Assembly: GCF_903866365.1 (NCBI RefSeq) | Contig: NZ_CAIPNF010000070.1 | Span: 1-24,000 of the forward strand | DNA: 24,000 nt | Direction of reading: 5' to 3' | Source: an uncultured Thiocystis sp. | GTDB lineage: Bacteria > Pseudomonadota > Gammaproteobacteria > Chromatiales > Chromatiaceae | Shown: piece after piece, positions 1 to 9,200 of the stretch | How positions within the stretch are numbered: the first letter of the stretch is position 1 | Layout of the letters: every line of letters starts with the position of its first letter | The notes under the pieces: generated by a model | The model's input: only the letters and a program-made list of their open reading frames with translations | Database searches by the model: none | What the model was told of the DNA's origin: nothing | Position numbers and translations under genes: made by a program

Positions 1-792
1 GGCGCGGCGGATGCTCTCGGCGAGGTCCGTCATCTCCACGCCGAAGCGCGCGAGCATGGCGCTTAATGCCTCGCGGTTGGCGAGGCAGATGTCGCGCCAC
101 ATGACCGGGTTGCTGGAGGCGATGCGGGTGAAGTCGCGGAAACCACCGGCGGCATAACGGAAAATTTCGTCGTTCTCGCGCATGCGCGCCAGCGCGTCGA
201 CCAGCCCGAAGGCGAGCATGTGGGGAAGATGGCTGGTCGCGGCGAGCACTTCGTCATGGTGCGCCACTGACATGAGGGTCACCTCGGCGCCGCAGGTTTC
301 CCACATGGCCTGTACGCGCGCGAGCGCGTCGGGATCCGTATCGGGCAAGGGGGTCAGAATGACGCGGCGATTCCGATACAGTTCGGCGAAGGATGCCTCG
401 ACCCCGCTATGCTCGGTTCCGGCGATGGGATGGCCCGGTACCAGACGCGGCGGCAGTGCGCCGAAGGCCGCGCTGGCGTCCAGGACCACGCTGCCTTTGA
501 CGCTACCCCCATCGGTGATCACGGTTTCCGGCTGGAGATGCGCGCGAATCGCGTCGAAGACGCCACGCATGGCCCCGAGCGGGACGGCGACAAAGATCAG
601 GTCGGCATCCGCGACCGCCTCGGCGGGAGCCTGGGTGAATCGGTCGATGACGCCGAGCGCTTGCGCCTTCTCAAGATTCGGCAGGGCACGACCGCAACCG
701 ACCACCTCGCGCACCGCGCCGGCGGCGCGCAGGGCGCGGGCCAGCGAACCGCCGATCAGCCCGACCCCGATGATCGCGAGCCGCTCGATCAT
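1..792 (-). CDS. tyrA: Prephenate/arogenate dehydrogenase (TyrA family); first 264 codons, 3' end runs off the left edge of the window
   Basis: Absent from the ORF track because it is open at the window edge. My translation from ATG 792..790 gives MIERLAIIGVGLIGGSLARALRAAGAVREVVGCGRALPNLEKAQALGVIDR..., with the N-terminal GxGxxG Rossmann motif typical of TyrA. The start overlaps the hisC stop as ATGA (789..792). Its position after hisC matches the conserved serC-pheA-hisC-tyrA cluster. Confidence 0.8.
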   Translation of the reverse strand, partial: MIERLAIIGVGLIGGSLARALRAAGAVREVVGCGRALPNLEKAQALGVIDRFTQAPAEAVADADLIFVAVPLGAMRGVFDAIRAHLQPETVITDGGSVKGSVVLDASAAFGALPPRLVPGHPIAGTEHSGVEASFAELYRNRRVILTPLPDTDPDALARVQAMWETCGAEVTLMSVAHHDEVLAATSHLPHMLAFGLVDALARMRENDEIFRYAAGGFRDFTRIASSNPVMWRDICLANREALSAMLARFGVEMTDLAESIRRA

Positions 793-1901
793 GCCGCGAG
801 CACGTCTTCCAGGGCGTCGATGAAGCGCGCGTTTTCTTGCACCAGACCCACGCTGATACGCAGATGATTCGGCAGACCGTAGTTGCCGACGGGACGCACG
901 ATGACGCCGCGATGGAGCAGGGCATCGTTGACCGGGCCGGCCGGGCGTCCGAGGTTGAGGGTGACGAAGTTGCCGACCGAGGGGATATAGTCGAGCCCCA
1001 GCCGGACGAACGCCTCGGTCAACTGTCGCATGCCGGCGCGGTTCAGCTCCACCGAGGCGCGCACATGTTCGCGGTCGGTGATGGCGGCGGCGGCGGCGGC
1101 CTGGGCCATGGCGTTGACGTTGAAGGGTTGACGGACCCGATTCAGCAGATCCGCCACGCGCGGATCGCTGATGCCATAACCGACCCGCAGCGCGGCCAGA
1201 CCGTGGGCCTTGGCGAAGGTGCGGGTGACGATCAGGTTCGGACAGCTTTCGATCCAGTGGGTGGTGTCCGGGAAATCCGGCTCGGACACATATTCGGTGT
1301 AGGCTTCGTCGATCACCGCCACACAGGTTTTCGGCAGTGCGCCGAGAAAGGACTTGAGCGCCTGCGCGGACAGCCAGGTTCCGGTCGGATTGTTGGGGTT
1401 GGCGATCCAGACGACGCGGGTCTGGTCGGTGACCAGCGCGGCCATGGCGTTAAGGTCATGACCATAATCGCGCGCAGTGGCGATCCGCGCGGTGGCGCCG
1501 ACGGCCTGAGTCGCGATCGGATAGACGGCAAAGGCGTACTCGGAAAACAGCGATTCGACACCGGGTTGCAGAAAGGTGCGTGCCACCAGATCCAGCACGT
1601 CGTTGGAGCCGTTGCCGAGCGTGATGGACGCCGGCGAAACGTTGTGGAAGTCTGCCAACACGCGGCGCAGATCGAAACCGCCGCCATCGGGATAGCGGCC
1701 GATTTCGTCCAGCATCGCCACGATGGCGGCCCGCGCCTTGGGTCCGGGTCCGAGCGGGTTTTCGTTCGAGGCCAGTTTCACCGAGTCGCGGATCCCGAGT
1801 TCGCGTTCCAGTTCCGAGATCGGCTTGCCCGGCACATAGGGCGTGAGTCCGGCGATCCAGGGGGCCGCAAAGGCCAGAAAGGGGTTGTCAGCTTGGCTCA
1901 T
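789..1901 (-). CDS. hisC: Histidinol-phosphate / aromatic aminotransferase (class II PLP aminotransferase)
   Basis: 370-aa ORF starting MSQADNPFLAFAAPWIAGLTPYVPGKPISELERELGI..VKLASNENPLGP, with later ..NPNNPTG.. and ..RTFAKAHGLAALRVGYG.. The SNENP, NPNNPTG and PLP-lysine context are HisC hallmarks. Sits between pheA and tyrA. Confidence 0.93.
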   Translation of the reverse strand: MSQADNPFLAFAAPWIAGLTPYVPGKPISELERELGIRDSVKLASNENPLGPGPKARAAIVAMLDEIGRYPDGGGFDLRRVLADFHNVSPASITLGNGSNDVLDLVARTFLQPGVESLFSEYAFAVYPIATQAVGATARIATARDYGHDLNAMAALVTDQTRVVWIANPNNPTGTWLSAQALKSFLGALPKTCVAVIDEAYTEYVSEPDFPDTTHWIESCPNLIVTRTFAKAHGLAALRVGYGISDPRVADLLNRVRQPFNVNAMAQAAAAAAITDREHVRASVELNRAGMRQLTEAFVRLGLDYIPSVGNFVTLNLGRPAGPVNDALLHRGVIVRPVGNYGLPNHLRISVGLVQENARFIDALEDVLAA

Positions 1902-1916
1902 AAGGCATCGAAAGGG

Positions 1917-2396
1917 TTATTGAAATGGAATGTCGTCTGGCACGTTGGGGAATAATCGGGAATGCTCGATTGAGTCGCGGCAAGTGAAACACCGCAGACG
2001 ACCATCCTCATCGCAAACCCAAACCTCCCGCGCCCCTTTGGACAGATATAAATTGACCTTTTCCTCGATTTCCAGCGTCGAGTTGGACGGAGAAACGATC
2101 TCGACACACAGCTCCGGGGCTTCCCGGTAAGGCGTTTCCAGTCCATTCCTCGCGAAGAAATCCTGCGACCCCCACGCGACATCCGCCACCTTGACGCCTT
2201 TGGCGGTGCTGATCGAACATTCCGTGATGATCTTGCCGTGGCCCCGGTGATCCCGCAGAAACCCAGCCAATTCCGCTTGCAGCAGTCCGTGTTTGTTGGA
2301 GGCGGGACTCAAAACCACCTTCCCCCATTCATTGAGTTCGATTTTATAGGGAAGGTTTTGCAGAACCGGATCCGCGAGAACCTGCGACCATCTCAT
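1917..2396 (-). CDS. Uma2-family (DUF820) PD-(D/E)XK putative endonuclease
   Basis: Contains ..KVADVAWGS.. and ..APELCVEIVSPSNSTLEIEEKVNLYLSKGAREVWVCDEDG.., matching the Uma2 signature (D...E-V/I-x-SPS...K...Y...G..E.W). Visibly lower GC than its neighbours. Start is uncertain: ATG 2396 (MRWSQVL) is preferred, and the ORF is open up to 2432. Confidence 0.75.
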   Translation of the reverse strand: MRWSQVLADPVLQNLPYKIELNEWGKVVLSPASNKHGLLQAELAGFLRDHRGHGKIITECSISTAKGVKVADVAWGSQDFFARNGLETPYREAPELCVEIVSPSNSTLEIEEKVNLYLSKGAREVWVCDEDGRLRCFTCRDSIEHSRLFPNVPDDIPFQ

Positions 2397-2447
2397 GTAG
2401 AGAGCCCCCATCGAATGTCGGCGGCAAGGCACCGTGAAGGCTCGGGA

Positions 2448-3542
2448 TTACAACACGGCCACCGGATAGGATCCAAGGATCTTGAACAGCGGCGCGTCCT
2501 TCTCCAGATGCTCCAGGGCGGCGGTGACCGCCAGATCCTGGCGATGACCGAGGATATCGATAAAAAAGACATAATCCCAGATGCCCCGGCGCGAGGGGCG
2601 CGATTCGATCCGGGTCATGCTGATCCCGTGCGCGGCCAGCGGCATCAGCAAGGCGTGCAGACCGCCTGCCTGGTTGCGGCAGGAAAGCAGCAGACTGGTC
2701 TTGTCCTGACCGCTCGGCGGCGAATCCGCTTTGCCGATGACCAGAAAGCGGGTGGTGTTGCCGGGATCGTCCTCGATCCGTTCGGCGAGCACCGTCAGGC
2801 CGTAGATCTCGGCCGCCTGCAAACCGGCAACCGCCGCCGCCCCTGGCTCGGTCGCCGCCGTGCGCGCGGCGTCGGCGTTGCTTCCGACGGCAATCCGCTC
2901 GGCGTGGGGCAGGTGGCGGTCGAGCCAGCCGCGGCACTGGGCCAGCGATTGCTGATGGGAGTAAAGCACGCGAATCGCGCTCGGATTGGCATCATGACTC
3001 ATCAGATGATGATGAATCCGCAGCGTCACCTCGCCGGTGATTCGCAGCGGCGAACTCATGAAGAGATCCAGGGTATGACTGACCACGCCCTCGGTTGAGT
3101 TCTCCACCGGTACCACGCCGAAATCGCAGGCCCCGGATTCGACCTCGCGAAAGATCTCGTCGATGGTCGCCATGGCGCGGGTCACGACCGAATGGCCAAA
3201 GTGCTTGATCGCCGCGGCTTGGGTAAAGGTGCCTGCCGGCCCCAGAAAGGCCGTGTTGAGCGGGCGCTCCAGCGCCAGGCAGGCGGACATGATCTCGCGG
3301 AACAGGCGGGCGACCTCCTCGCTGTCCAGCGGCCCCGGATTGGCGTCCTTGATGCGGCGCAGTACCGCGACCTCGCGCTCCGGTCGATAGAACTGGACCT
3401 GGTCGCCATTGGATTCGGTTTTGAGATGCGCGACCCGCTGGGCGCAGCGGGCGCGTTCGCTGATCAGCCGCAATAACTCCTGATCGATGGCATCGATCCG
3501 GCTGCGTACCTGATCGAGCCCGTCGCTGCTGACTGTCGCCAT
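2448..3542 (-). CDS. pheA: Bifunctional chorismate mutase / prephenate dehydratase (P-protein) with C-terminal ACT domain
   Basis: MATVSSDGLDQVRSRIDAIDQELLRLISERARCAQRVAHLK (CM_2 domain), then FLGPAGTFTQAAAIKHFG (PDT domain), then SLLLSCRNQAGGLHALLMPLAAHGISMTRIESRP (ACT). I chose the start at ATG 3542 because GGAG lies about 10 nt upstream. The track extension to 3623 overlaps the serA 3' end. Confidence 0.92.
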   Translation of the reverse strand: MATVSSDGLDQVRSRIDAIDQELLRLISERARCAQRVAHLKTESNGDQVQFYRPEREVAVLRRIKDANPGPLDSEEVARLFREIMSACLALERPLNTAFLGPAGTFTQAAAIKHFGHSVVTRAMATIDEIFREVESGACDFGVVPVENSTEGVVSHTLDLFMSSPLRITGEVTLRIHHHLMSHDANPSAIRVLYSHQQSLAQCRGWLDRHLPHAERIAVGSNADAARTAATEPGAAAVAGLQAAEIYGLTVLAERIEDDPGNTTRFLVIGKADSPPSGQDKTSLLLSCRNQAGGLHALLMPLAAHGISMTRIESRPSRRGIWDYVFFIDILGHRQDLAVTAALEHLEKDAPLFKILGSYPVAVL

Positions 3543-3558
3543 GACGCGGGAACTCCGT

Positions 3559-4728
3559 TCAGCCGCCGAGCCGGCGGACCGAGAGCACGCCCGCGATGGA
3601 TTGAAGCTGGGCCAGCGTGTCATCGGGACAAGGCTTGTCGATATCGATGAGCGTCACCGCCACGTCGCCGCGCGAGCGGTTGAGCATGTCGAGGATATTG
3701 AGCCCGGCAGTGGCGAGATCGGTGGAAATCTGACCGACCATGTTCGGTACATTGCTGTTGACGATGGCCAGCCGCAGACCGCCATTGAGCGGCAGACAGA
3801 TCTCCGGGAAGTTGACCGCATTGGTGACGTTGCCGTTTTCCAGGTACTCGCGGATCTGATCGGCGACCATGATCGCGCAATTGTCCTCGGCCTCGCGGGT
3901 GGAGGCGCCCAGATGCGGCAGGGTCACGACGCGCGGATGGTTTTTCAGCAGGTTACTCGGAAAATCGCAGCAATAGGCGTAGAGATGGCCTTGATCCAAC
4001 GCGGCAACCACGGCGGCATCGTCGAGAATGCCCTCGCGGGAGAAGTTCAGCAGCACGGCGCCCTTGGGCAGGGTGCGGATGCGCTCGGCGTTGATCATGT
4101 GCCGGGTCTCGTCGGTGAGCGGCACATGGAAGGTAACGAAGTCCGAGCGCGAGAGCAGATCGTCGATGCTCAGGGCCGGCTGGACATCGCTGGCGAGCTG
4201 CCAGGCGCGGTGGACGGTGATGGTCGGATCGTAGCCGACGACCTTCATCCCCAGGGCGCGCGCGGCGTTGGCGACCTTGACGCCAATGGCGCCGAGTCCG
4301 ACCACGCCGAGAGTGCGACCGGGAAGCTCGAAGCCGCCGAATTGTTTCTTGCCGGATTCGACCGCCTGATTGATGGCGGTGTCGTCGCCTTCGAGCCCGC
4401 GTGCGAACTGCCACGCTTGCGCGATGTTGCGGGCGGCGATCAGCATGCCCGCGATCACCAGTTCCTTGACGGCGTTGGCGTTGGCGCCAGGGGCGTTGAA
4501 GACCGCCACGCCGCGTGCGGTCATAGCCGCGACCGGCACATTGTTGGTGCCGGCGCCGGCGCGTCCGATGGCCTTGACCGTGGCGGGGATCTCCATGTCG
4601 TGCATCTTGGCGGAGCGCACCAGGATGGCGTCCGGATGGGCGATCTCGGAGGCGACCTCGTAGCGGTCGCGCGGCAGGCGCTCCAACCCGGCCACGGAGA
4701 TATTATTCAGCGTTTGGATTTTGAACAT
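3559..4728 (-). CDS. serA: D-3-phosphoglycerate dehydrogenase (D-isomer 2-hydroxyacid dehydrogenase with C-terminal ACT-like domain)
   Basis: 389 aa. Contains the NAD-binding motif GVVGLGAIGVKVANAARALGMKVVGYDP, then ..FVTFHVPLTDETRHMIN.. and PHLGASTREA (catalytic His region). The C-terminal part, LAIVNSNVPNMVGQISTDLATAGLNILDMLN, is ACT-like. Lies next to serC. Confidence 0.85.
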   Translation of the reverse strand: MFKIQTLNNISVAGLERLPRDRYEVASEIAHPDAILVRSAKMHDMEIPATVKAIGRAGAGTNNVPVAAMTARGVAVFNAPGANANAVKELVIAGMLIAARNIAQAWQFARGLEGDDTAINQAVESGKKQFGGFELPGRTLGVVGLGAIGVKVANAARALGMKVVGYDPTITVHRAWQLASDVQPALSIDDLLSRSDFVTFHVPLTDETRHMINAERIRTLPKGAVLLNFSREGILDDAAVVAALDQGHLYAYCCDFPSNLLKNHPRVVTLPHLGASTREAEDNCAIMVADQIREYLENGNVTNAVNFPEICLPLNGGLRLAIVNSNVPNMVGQISTDLATAGLNILDMLNRSRGDVAVTLIDIDKPCPDDTLAQLQSIAGVLSVRRLGG

Positions 4729-4740
4729 AAGATCAAAGGT

Positions 4741-4815
4741 GTCAGTTTTTAGTTGTTAGTTGTCAGGTGTCAGTGATCAGTTGTCAGTGAAGAGGTCGTT
4801 GCCAGCTGACAACTT
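4741..4815. repeat. Cluster of degenerate (T)TGTCAG motifs plus a 9-bp-stem hairpin in the serC-serA spacer
   Basis: The stretch tcagtttttagttgttagttgtcaggtgtcagtgatcagttgtcagtg has GTCAG four times in about 45 nt. agttgtcag (4779-4787) is the reverse complement of ctgacaact (4806-4814). Confidence 0.6.
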
Positions 4816-4819
4816 GCGT

Positions 4820-5902
4820 TTAACCTTGTCTGCGCTCGAACTCCCGCATGAAAGCCACCAGCGCCTCGACGCCCGCCTCGGGCATGGCATTGTAGATGCT
4901 CGCGCGCATGCCGCCGACCGAGCGATGCCCTTTCAGCGTGGTCAGATTTGCCGCCTTGGCCTCCTTGAGGAAGGTTTCGTCCAGCTCGGGATTGGCCAGC
5001 GTGAAGGGTACGTTCATCCAGGAGCGCGCATCCGGCTGGACCGGGTTGGCGTAGAAATCGGACGCATCGATGGTGTCATAGAGCAGCTTGGCCTTGCGCG
5101 CGTTGATCGCAGCCATCGCGTCCAGTCCGCCTAGATCCTTCAGCCACTTGAACACCAGCCCGGCGAGATACCAGGCATAGGTGGCCGGGGTGTTGTACAT
5201 GGAATCGTTATCGGCGTGAATCTTGTAATCGAACATGGTCGGCGTGCCCGCGATCGGCTGACCGAGCAGATCCTCGCGCACGATGACGATGGTCAGTCCG
5301 GCCGGGCCGATGTTCTTCTGTGCGCCCGCGTAGATCAAGCCGAAGCGCGCGACATCGATCGGGCGCGACAGCAGGGTCGAGGACATATCGGCGACCAGCG
5401 GGATGCCCGCCGTGTCGGGCACATAAGGGAACTCGACGCCCTCGATGGTCTCGTTCGGGGTGTAGTGGACATAGGCCGCGCCATCGGCGAGCTTGAGTTC
5501 GTCCTGGGACGGCGCGCGGGTGAATTTGCTGTCCTCGGTCGTTGCCGCGACGTTCACGGCGCAGTAACGACGGGCCTCGGAGATGGCCTTCTTGGACCAG
5601 GAGCCGGTATTCAGATAATCGGCCGCGCCGCCGCCGCGCAGCAGGTTCATCGGCACCGCCGCGAACTGGCTGGACGCGCCGCCCTGCAGGAACAACACCT
5701 TATAGTTGACCGGAACCTTCAACAGCTCACGCAGATCCGACTCGGCCTGCGCGGCGATGGACAGGTACTCCTTGCCGCGGTGACTCATCTCGGCCACGCA
5801 CATGCCGCTGCCCTGCCAGTCGAGTATTTCATCCTGGGCCTGGCGCAGCACCGACTCAGGCAGCATCGCCGGACCGGCGCTGAAATTAAAGACGCGAGCC
5901 AT
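4820..5902 (-). CDS. serC: Phosphoserine aminotransferase
   Basis: [45 protein letters not shown].. is classic SerC. Start taken at ATG 5902, with AGGA 8 nt upstream, rather than the track start at 5917. Confidence 0.93.
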   Translation of the reverse strand: MARVFNFSAGPAMLPESVLRQAQDEILDWQGSGMCVAEMSHRGKEYLSIAAQAESDLRELLKVPVNYKVLFLQGGASSQFAAVPMNLLRGGGAADYLNTGSWSKKAISEARRYCAVNVAATTEDSKFTRAPSQDELKLADGAAYVHYTPNETIEGVEFPYVPDTAGIPLVADMSSTLLSRPIDVARFGLIYAGAQKNIGPAGLTIVIVREDLLGQPIAGTPTMFDYKIHADNDSMYNTPATYAWYLAGLVFKWLKDLGGLDAMAAINARKAKLLYDTIDASDFYANPVQPDARSWMNVPFTLANPELDETFLKEAKAANLTTLKGHRSVGGMRASIYNAMPEAGVEALVAFMREFERRQG

Positions 5903-6069
5903 ATTGACTTTCCTCATGCGGATTGCAGTTGTTCATTGTATTTTCGACCCTTCGGCTCCGCTCAGGAGTCAGGACGAACGGAAAATCAGTCAAGTTTTTA
6001 CCTGAAATGACCTGGGGCGCGCCATCAATTGTATTCGTGTGGGACGATCGTCGCTCCGCCACGCTCACC

Positions 6070-6095
6070 GTAGGGGCGAATTCATTCGCCCCTAC
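6070..6095. repeat. GTAG-headed REP-like perfect palindrome
   Basis: GTAGGGGCGAAT-tc-ATTCGCCCCTAC: a 12-bp perfect inverted repeat with GTAG/CTAC termini, in the gyrA-serC intergenic region. Confidence 0.7.
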
Positions 6096-6164
6096 ATCCT
6101 CAACGATCAGTCAGGAGTTAAATCCTTTGGCGCAAACCGCCTAATGCAGCTGTGCGAAAGTCCC

Positions 6165-6260
6165 AAGACCGTCTCAGGTCGTTGTCGTAATCGTAATCGA
6201 ATATTCGCCATGTCGAGACCGCGATTACAACGACAACGACAACGAGGATGCCCGGTCTCG
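6165..6260. repeat. Interleaved inverted repeats and short hexamer tandems just downstream of the gyrA stop (possible terminator or attenuator-like structure)
   Basis: Arm A gtcgttgtcgtaatcg (6179-6194) pairs with cgattacaacgacaacgac (6222-6240). Arm B cgagaccg (6214-6221) pairs with cggtctcg (6253-6260). The order is A-B-A'-B', so the two helices exclude each other or form a pseudoknot. No U-tract follows. Confidence 0.45.
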
Positions 6261-6279
6261 GAACTTGAGCAGCGAAGCA

Positions 6280-9200
6280 CTAATCTTCCGCGTCGGTTTC
6301 CGAATCGCCGTCGTCTTCCGGATCCGGTTCGCCGTTTTCAATGGGATCGTCTTCCGGTGCGCGATGCTGCAGCGGATCTTCGGTCTCGCCGTTCTCTCCG
6401 TCGCTCTCCAGGGCCACGATCCGCTCGACATAGACCAGACGCTCGTTTTCGCTCAGGTTGATGAGTTTAACGCCCTGCGCGCTCCGACCGACGACCGGAA
6501 TCTGGTCCACACTGGTACGGATCAGGGTGCCGCCCTCGGTGATCAGCATGATCTCGTCGCCGGGACGCACCAGCACCGCGCCGACCTGGGCGCCGTTGCG
6601 CTCGGAGGTGCTGATGCCGATCACGCCCTGAGTGCCGCGCCCCTTGGTCGGGAAGTCCTCGACCCGGGTGCGTTTGCCATAACCGTTTTCGGTCACGCTG
6701 AGCACGGTTCCGGGCTCCGGTACCAGCAGCGAGATGACCCGCTGACCTTCCTGGAGACGCAGGCCGCGCACGCCATGCGCGGTGCGCCCCATGACGCGCA
6801 CATGGTCTTCGGAAAACCGCACCGCCTTGCCAGCGGAGGTAAAGAGCATCAGATCCCGATTGCCATCCGTGATCGCAACCCCGATCAGCACCTCGTCCTC
6901 GCGCAGATCGATGGCGATGATGCCGCGCGACAGTGGCCGCGAGAAATCCTTGAGCGGGGTCTTTTTCACCGTTCCGGCGCTGGTCGCCATGAACACGAAC
7001 AGCCCTTCCTCATACTCGCGGATCGGCAGCAGCGCATTGATGCGCTCGCCCGGCTCCAGCGGCAGCAGGTTGACCATGGGCCGCCCGCGCGCGCCCCGCC
7101 CGGAATGGGGCAGTTCGTAGACCTTGAGCCAGTAGACCCGGCCGCGACTGGAAAAACAGAGCACGGTATCGAGCGAGTTGGCGACGAAGATGCGGTCGAT
7201 GAAATCCTCTTCCCGGAACGAGGTCGCGCTCTTGCCCTTGCCGCCGCGCCGCTGGGCCTGATAATCGCTGATCGGCTGGGCCTTGACATAGCCCTGATGC
7301 GAGAGCGTCACCACCACATCCTCGGGATTGATCAAGTCCTCCAGGGTCAGATCCGTATGATCGACCTGGATCTCGGTGCGCCGGGCGTCGCCGAACTGCT
7401 CGCGAATGGCGACGAGTTCCTCGCGAATCACCTCCATCAGACGATCCGGATTCGACAGGATCAGCAACAATTCGGCGATTCGGTCCAGAATCTCCTCGAA
7501 TTCCTTGAGGATCTTCTCCTGCTCCAGACCGGTGAGCCGATGCAGTTGCAGATCCAGGATCGCCTTGGCCTGACGCTCGCTTAACCGATAGCCCGATTCG
7601 GTCAGACCGAACTCAGGTTCGAGATCCTCTGGACGCGTCTGATCCGCACCAGCGCGCGCCATCATCCCGGTCACGGCTCCAGGCGACCAGGCTCTCGCCA
7701 TCAGACGTTCACGCGCTTCGCCCGGATTCGCCGACGCCTTGATGGTGGCGATCACCTCGTCGATGTTCGCCAGCGCGATCGCGTAGCCTTCCAACACATG
7801 CGCCCGATTGCGGGCCTTGCGCAGCTCGAACAGCGTCCGGCGCGTCACCACCTCACGGCGATGACGCAGGAAATACTCCATGATCTGTTTGAGGCCGAGC
7901 GTGAGCGGTTGGCCATCCACCAGCGCCACCATGTTGATACCGAACACCTGCTGCATCTGGGTGTGCTGATACAGATTGTTCAGCAGCACCTCGGCATGGG
8001 CGTCGCGCTTGAGCTCGATGACGATCCGCATCCCGTCCTTGTCGGATTCGTCGCGCATCCCGTCCTGCGCGATGCCATCGATCTTTTTTTCCTTGACCAA
8101 CTCGGCGATACGTTCCAGCAGGCGCGCCTTGTTGACCTGATAGGGAATCTCAGTGACGACGATCGCCTCGCGTCCGCTGCGCTTCTGCACTTCGGTGATG
8201 GTGCGCGCGCGCATCACGCAGCGACCGCGTCCGGTGCGATAGGCTTCGCGGATGCCACGTACCCCATTGATCAGCGCCGCCGTCGGGAAATCCGGTCCCG
8301 GCACGATCTCCATGATCTCCTCGATGGTGATCAGCGGGTTCTCGATGATCGCTAGACAGGCATCGATGACCTCGCGCAGGTTATGCGGCGGGATATTGGT
8401 CGCCATGCCGACCGCGATCCCGGACGACCCATTGACCAGCAGATTGGGAAAGCGGGCGGGCAACACCGTGGGCTCATGCTCGGTATTGTCATAGTTCGGA
8501 ATGAAATCGACGGTTTCCTTGTCCAGATCGTCCAGCAGCGCATCGGCGAGGCGCATCATGCGCACCTCGGTGTAACGCATGGCCGCGGGCGGATCGCCGT
8601 CGACGGAGTTATGGACGAACACGCCAGCGGCTAACAGGAAATTGTGGTGCTCATCGACCGTGATGTCGTAGGTGTCCGCCGTTTCATCGAGCATGCGCAT
8701 TGCCACGACACGGTGATTATGATTTTTTCCTGCCTCAAGCAATGCCGAAAAATCGCCGAAGTATTCGACGGCCTTGGTCATGCGAGGAATCCAGTTCTGG
8801 CGACGCTGGTCTTCGTATAATTCGGGAGTCATCTCCTGGTCTGGAAACGCTTTGATCAAGTTATAGACATAACCGGAAATTTTACGGCGCATCACCTGCT
8901 GGCGATACTCCGCTGTCCGCCAATTCATCCGTAAGGACTCGACCGCCTTGCCATTGATATCCCGCATCATGTCGGGATGATCCGCAAGACGTCGGGCATT
9001 GGCGGCGCGCACTCCTTGCCTTTGCGCTTCGCGGAATTCCTCGCTCTCCCGTTGCCGCGCGATTTTCTCGCCATGCAGAACGCGGCTTTCCGGTTTTGCC
9101 CACAGGAGATGCGCCATCCGTACAAAATGATCGTCGGAAAATTTGGCGCGATACTCTGGATTACGCCAGTTGCGTTTCGCGGCATGGCTGATTTTCGAGC

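Noticed and set aside
837-1955. 372-aa plus-strand ORF antisense to hisC. Similar long antisense or out-of-frame ORFs occur at 182-823, 2238-3098, 3541-4752, 5216-6010, 6265-7584, 7798-8355, 8977-9579, 9778-10521, 12485-13294, 13575-14210, 14747-16294, 15772-16488, 16565-17722, 16682-17749, 17685-18290, 18122-18853, 19146-20228 and 20873-21811.
   Set aside because: Each one fully overlaps a gene with a clear family signature on the other strand or frame. Their translations are Arg/Gly/Ala/Pro/His-rich with no recognisable motifs. Long stop-free antisense frames are expected at about 65% GC.
6039-6461. 140-aa plus-strand ORF spanning the gyrA-serC spacer and the gyrA 3' end.
   Set aside because: It is Arg-rich nonsense that crosses REP and inverted-repeat DNA and overlaps the gyrA tail antisense.
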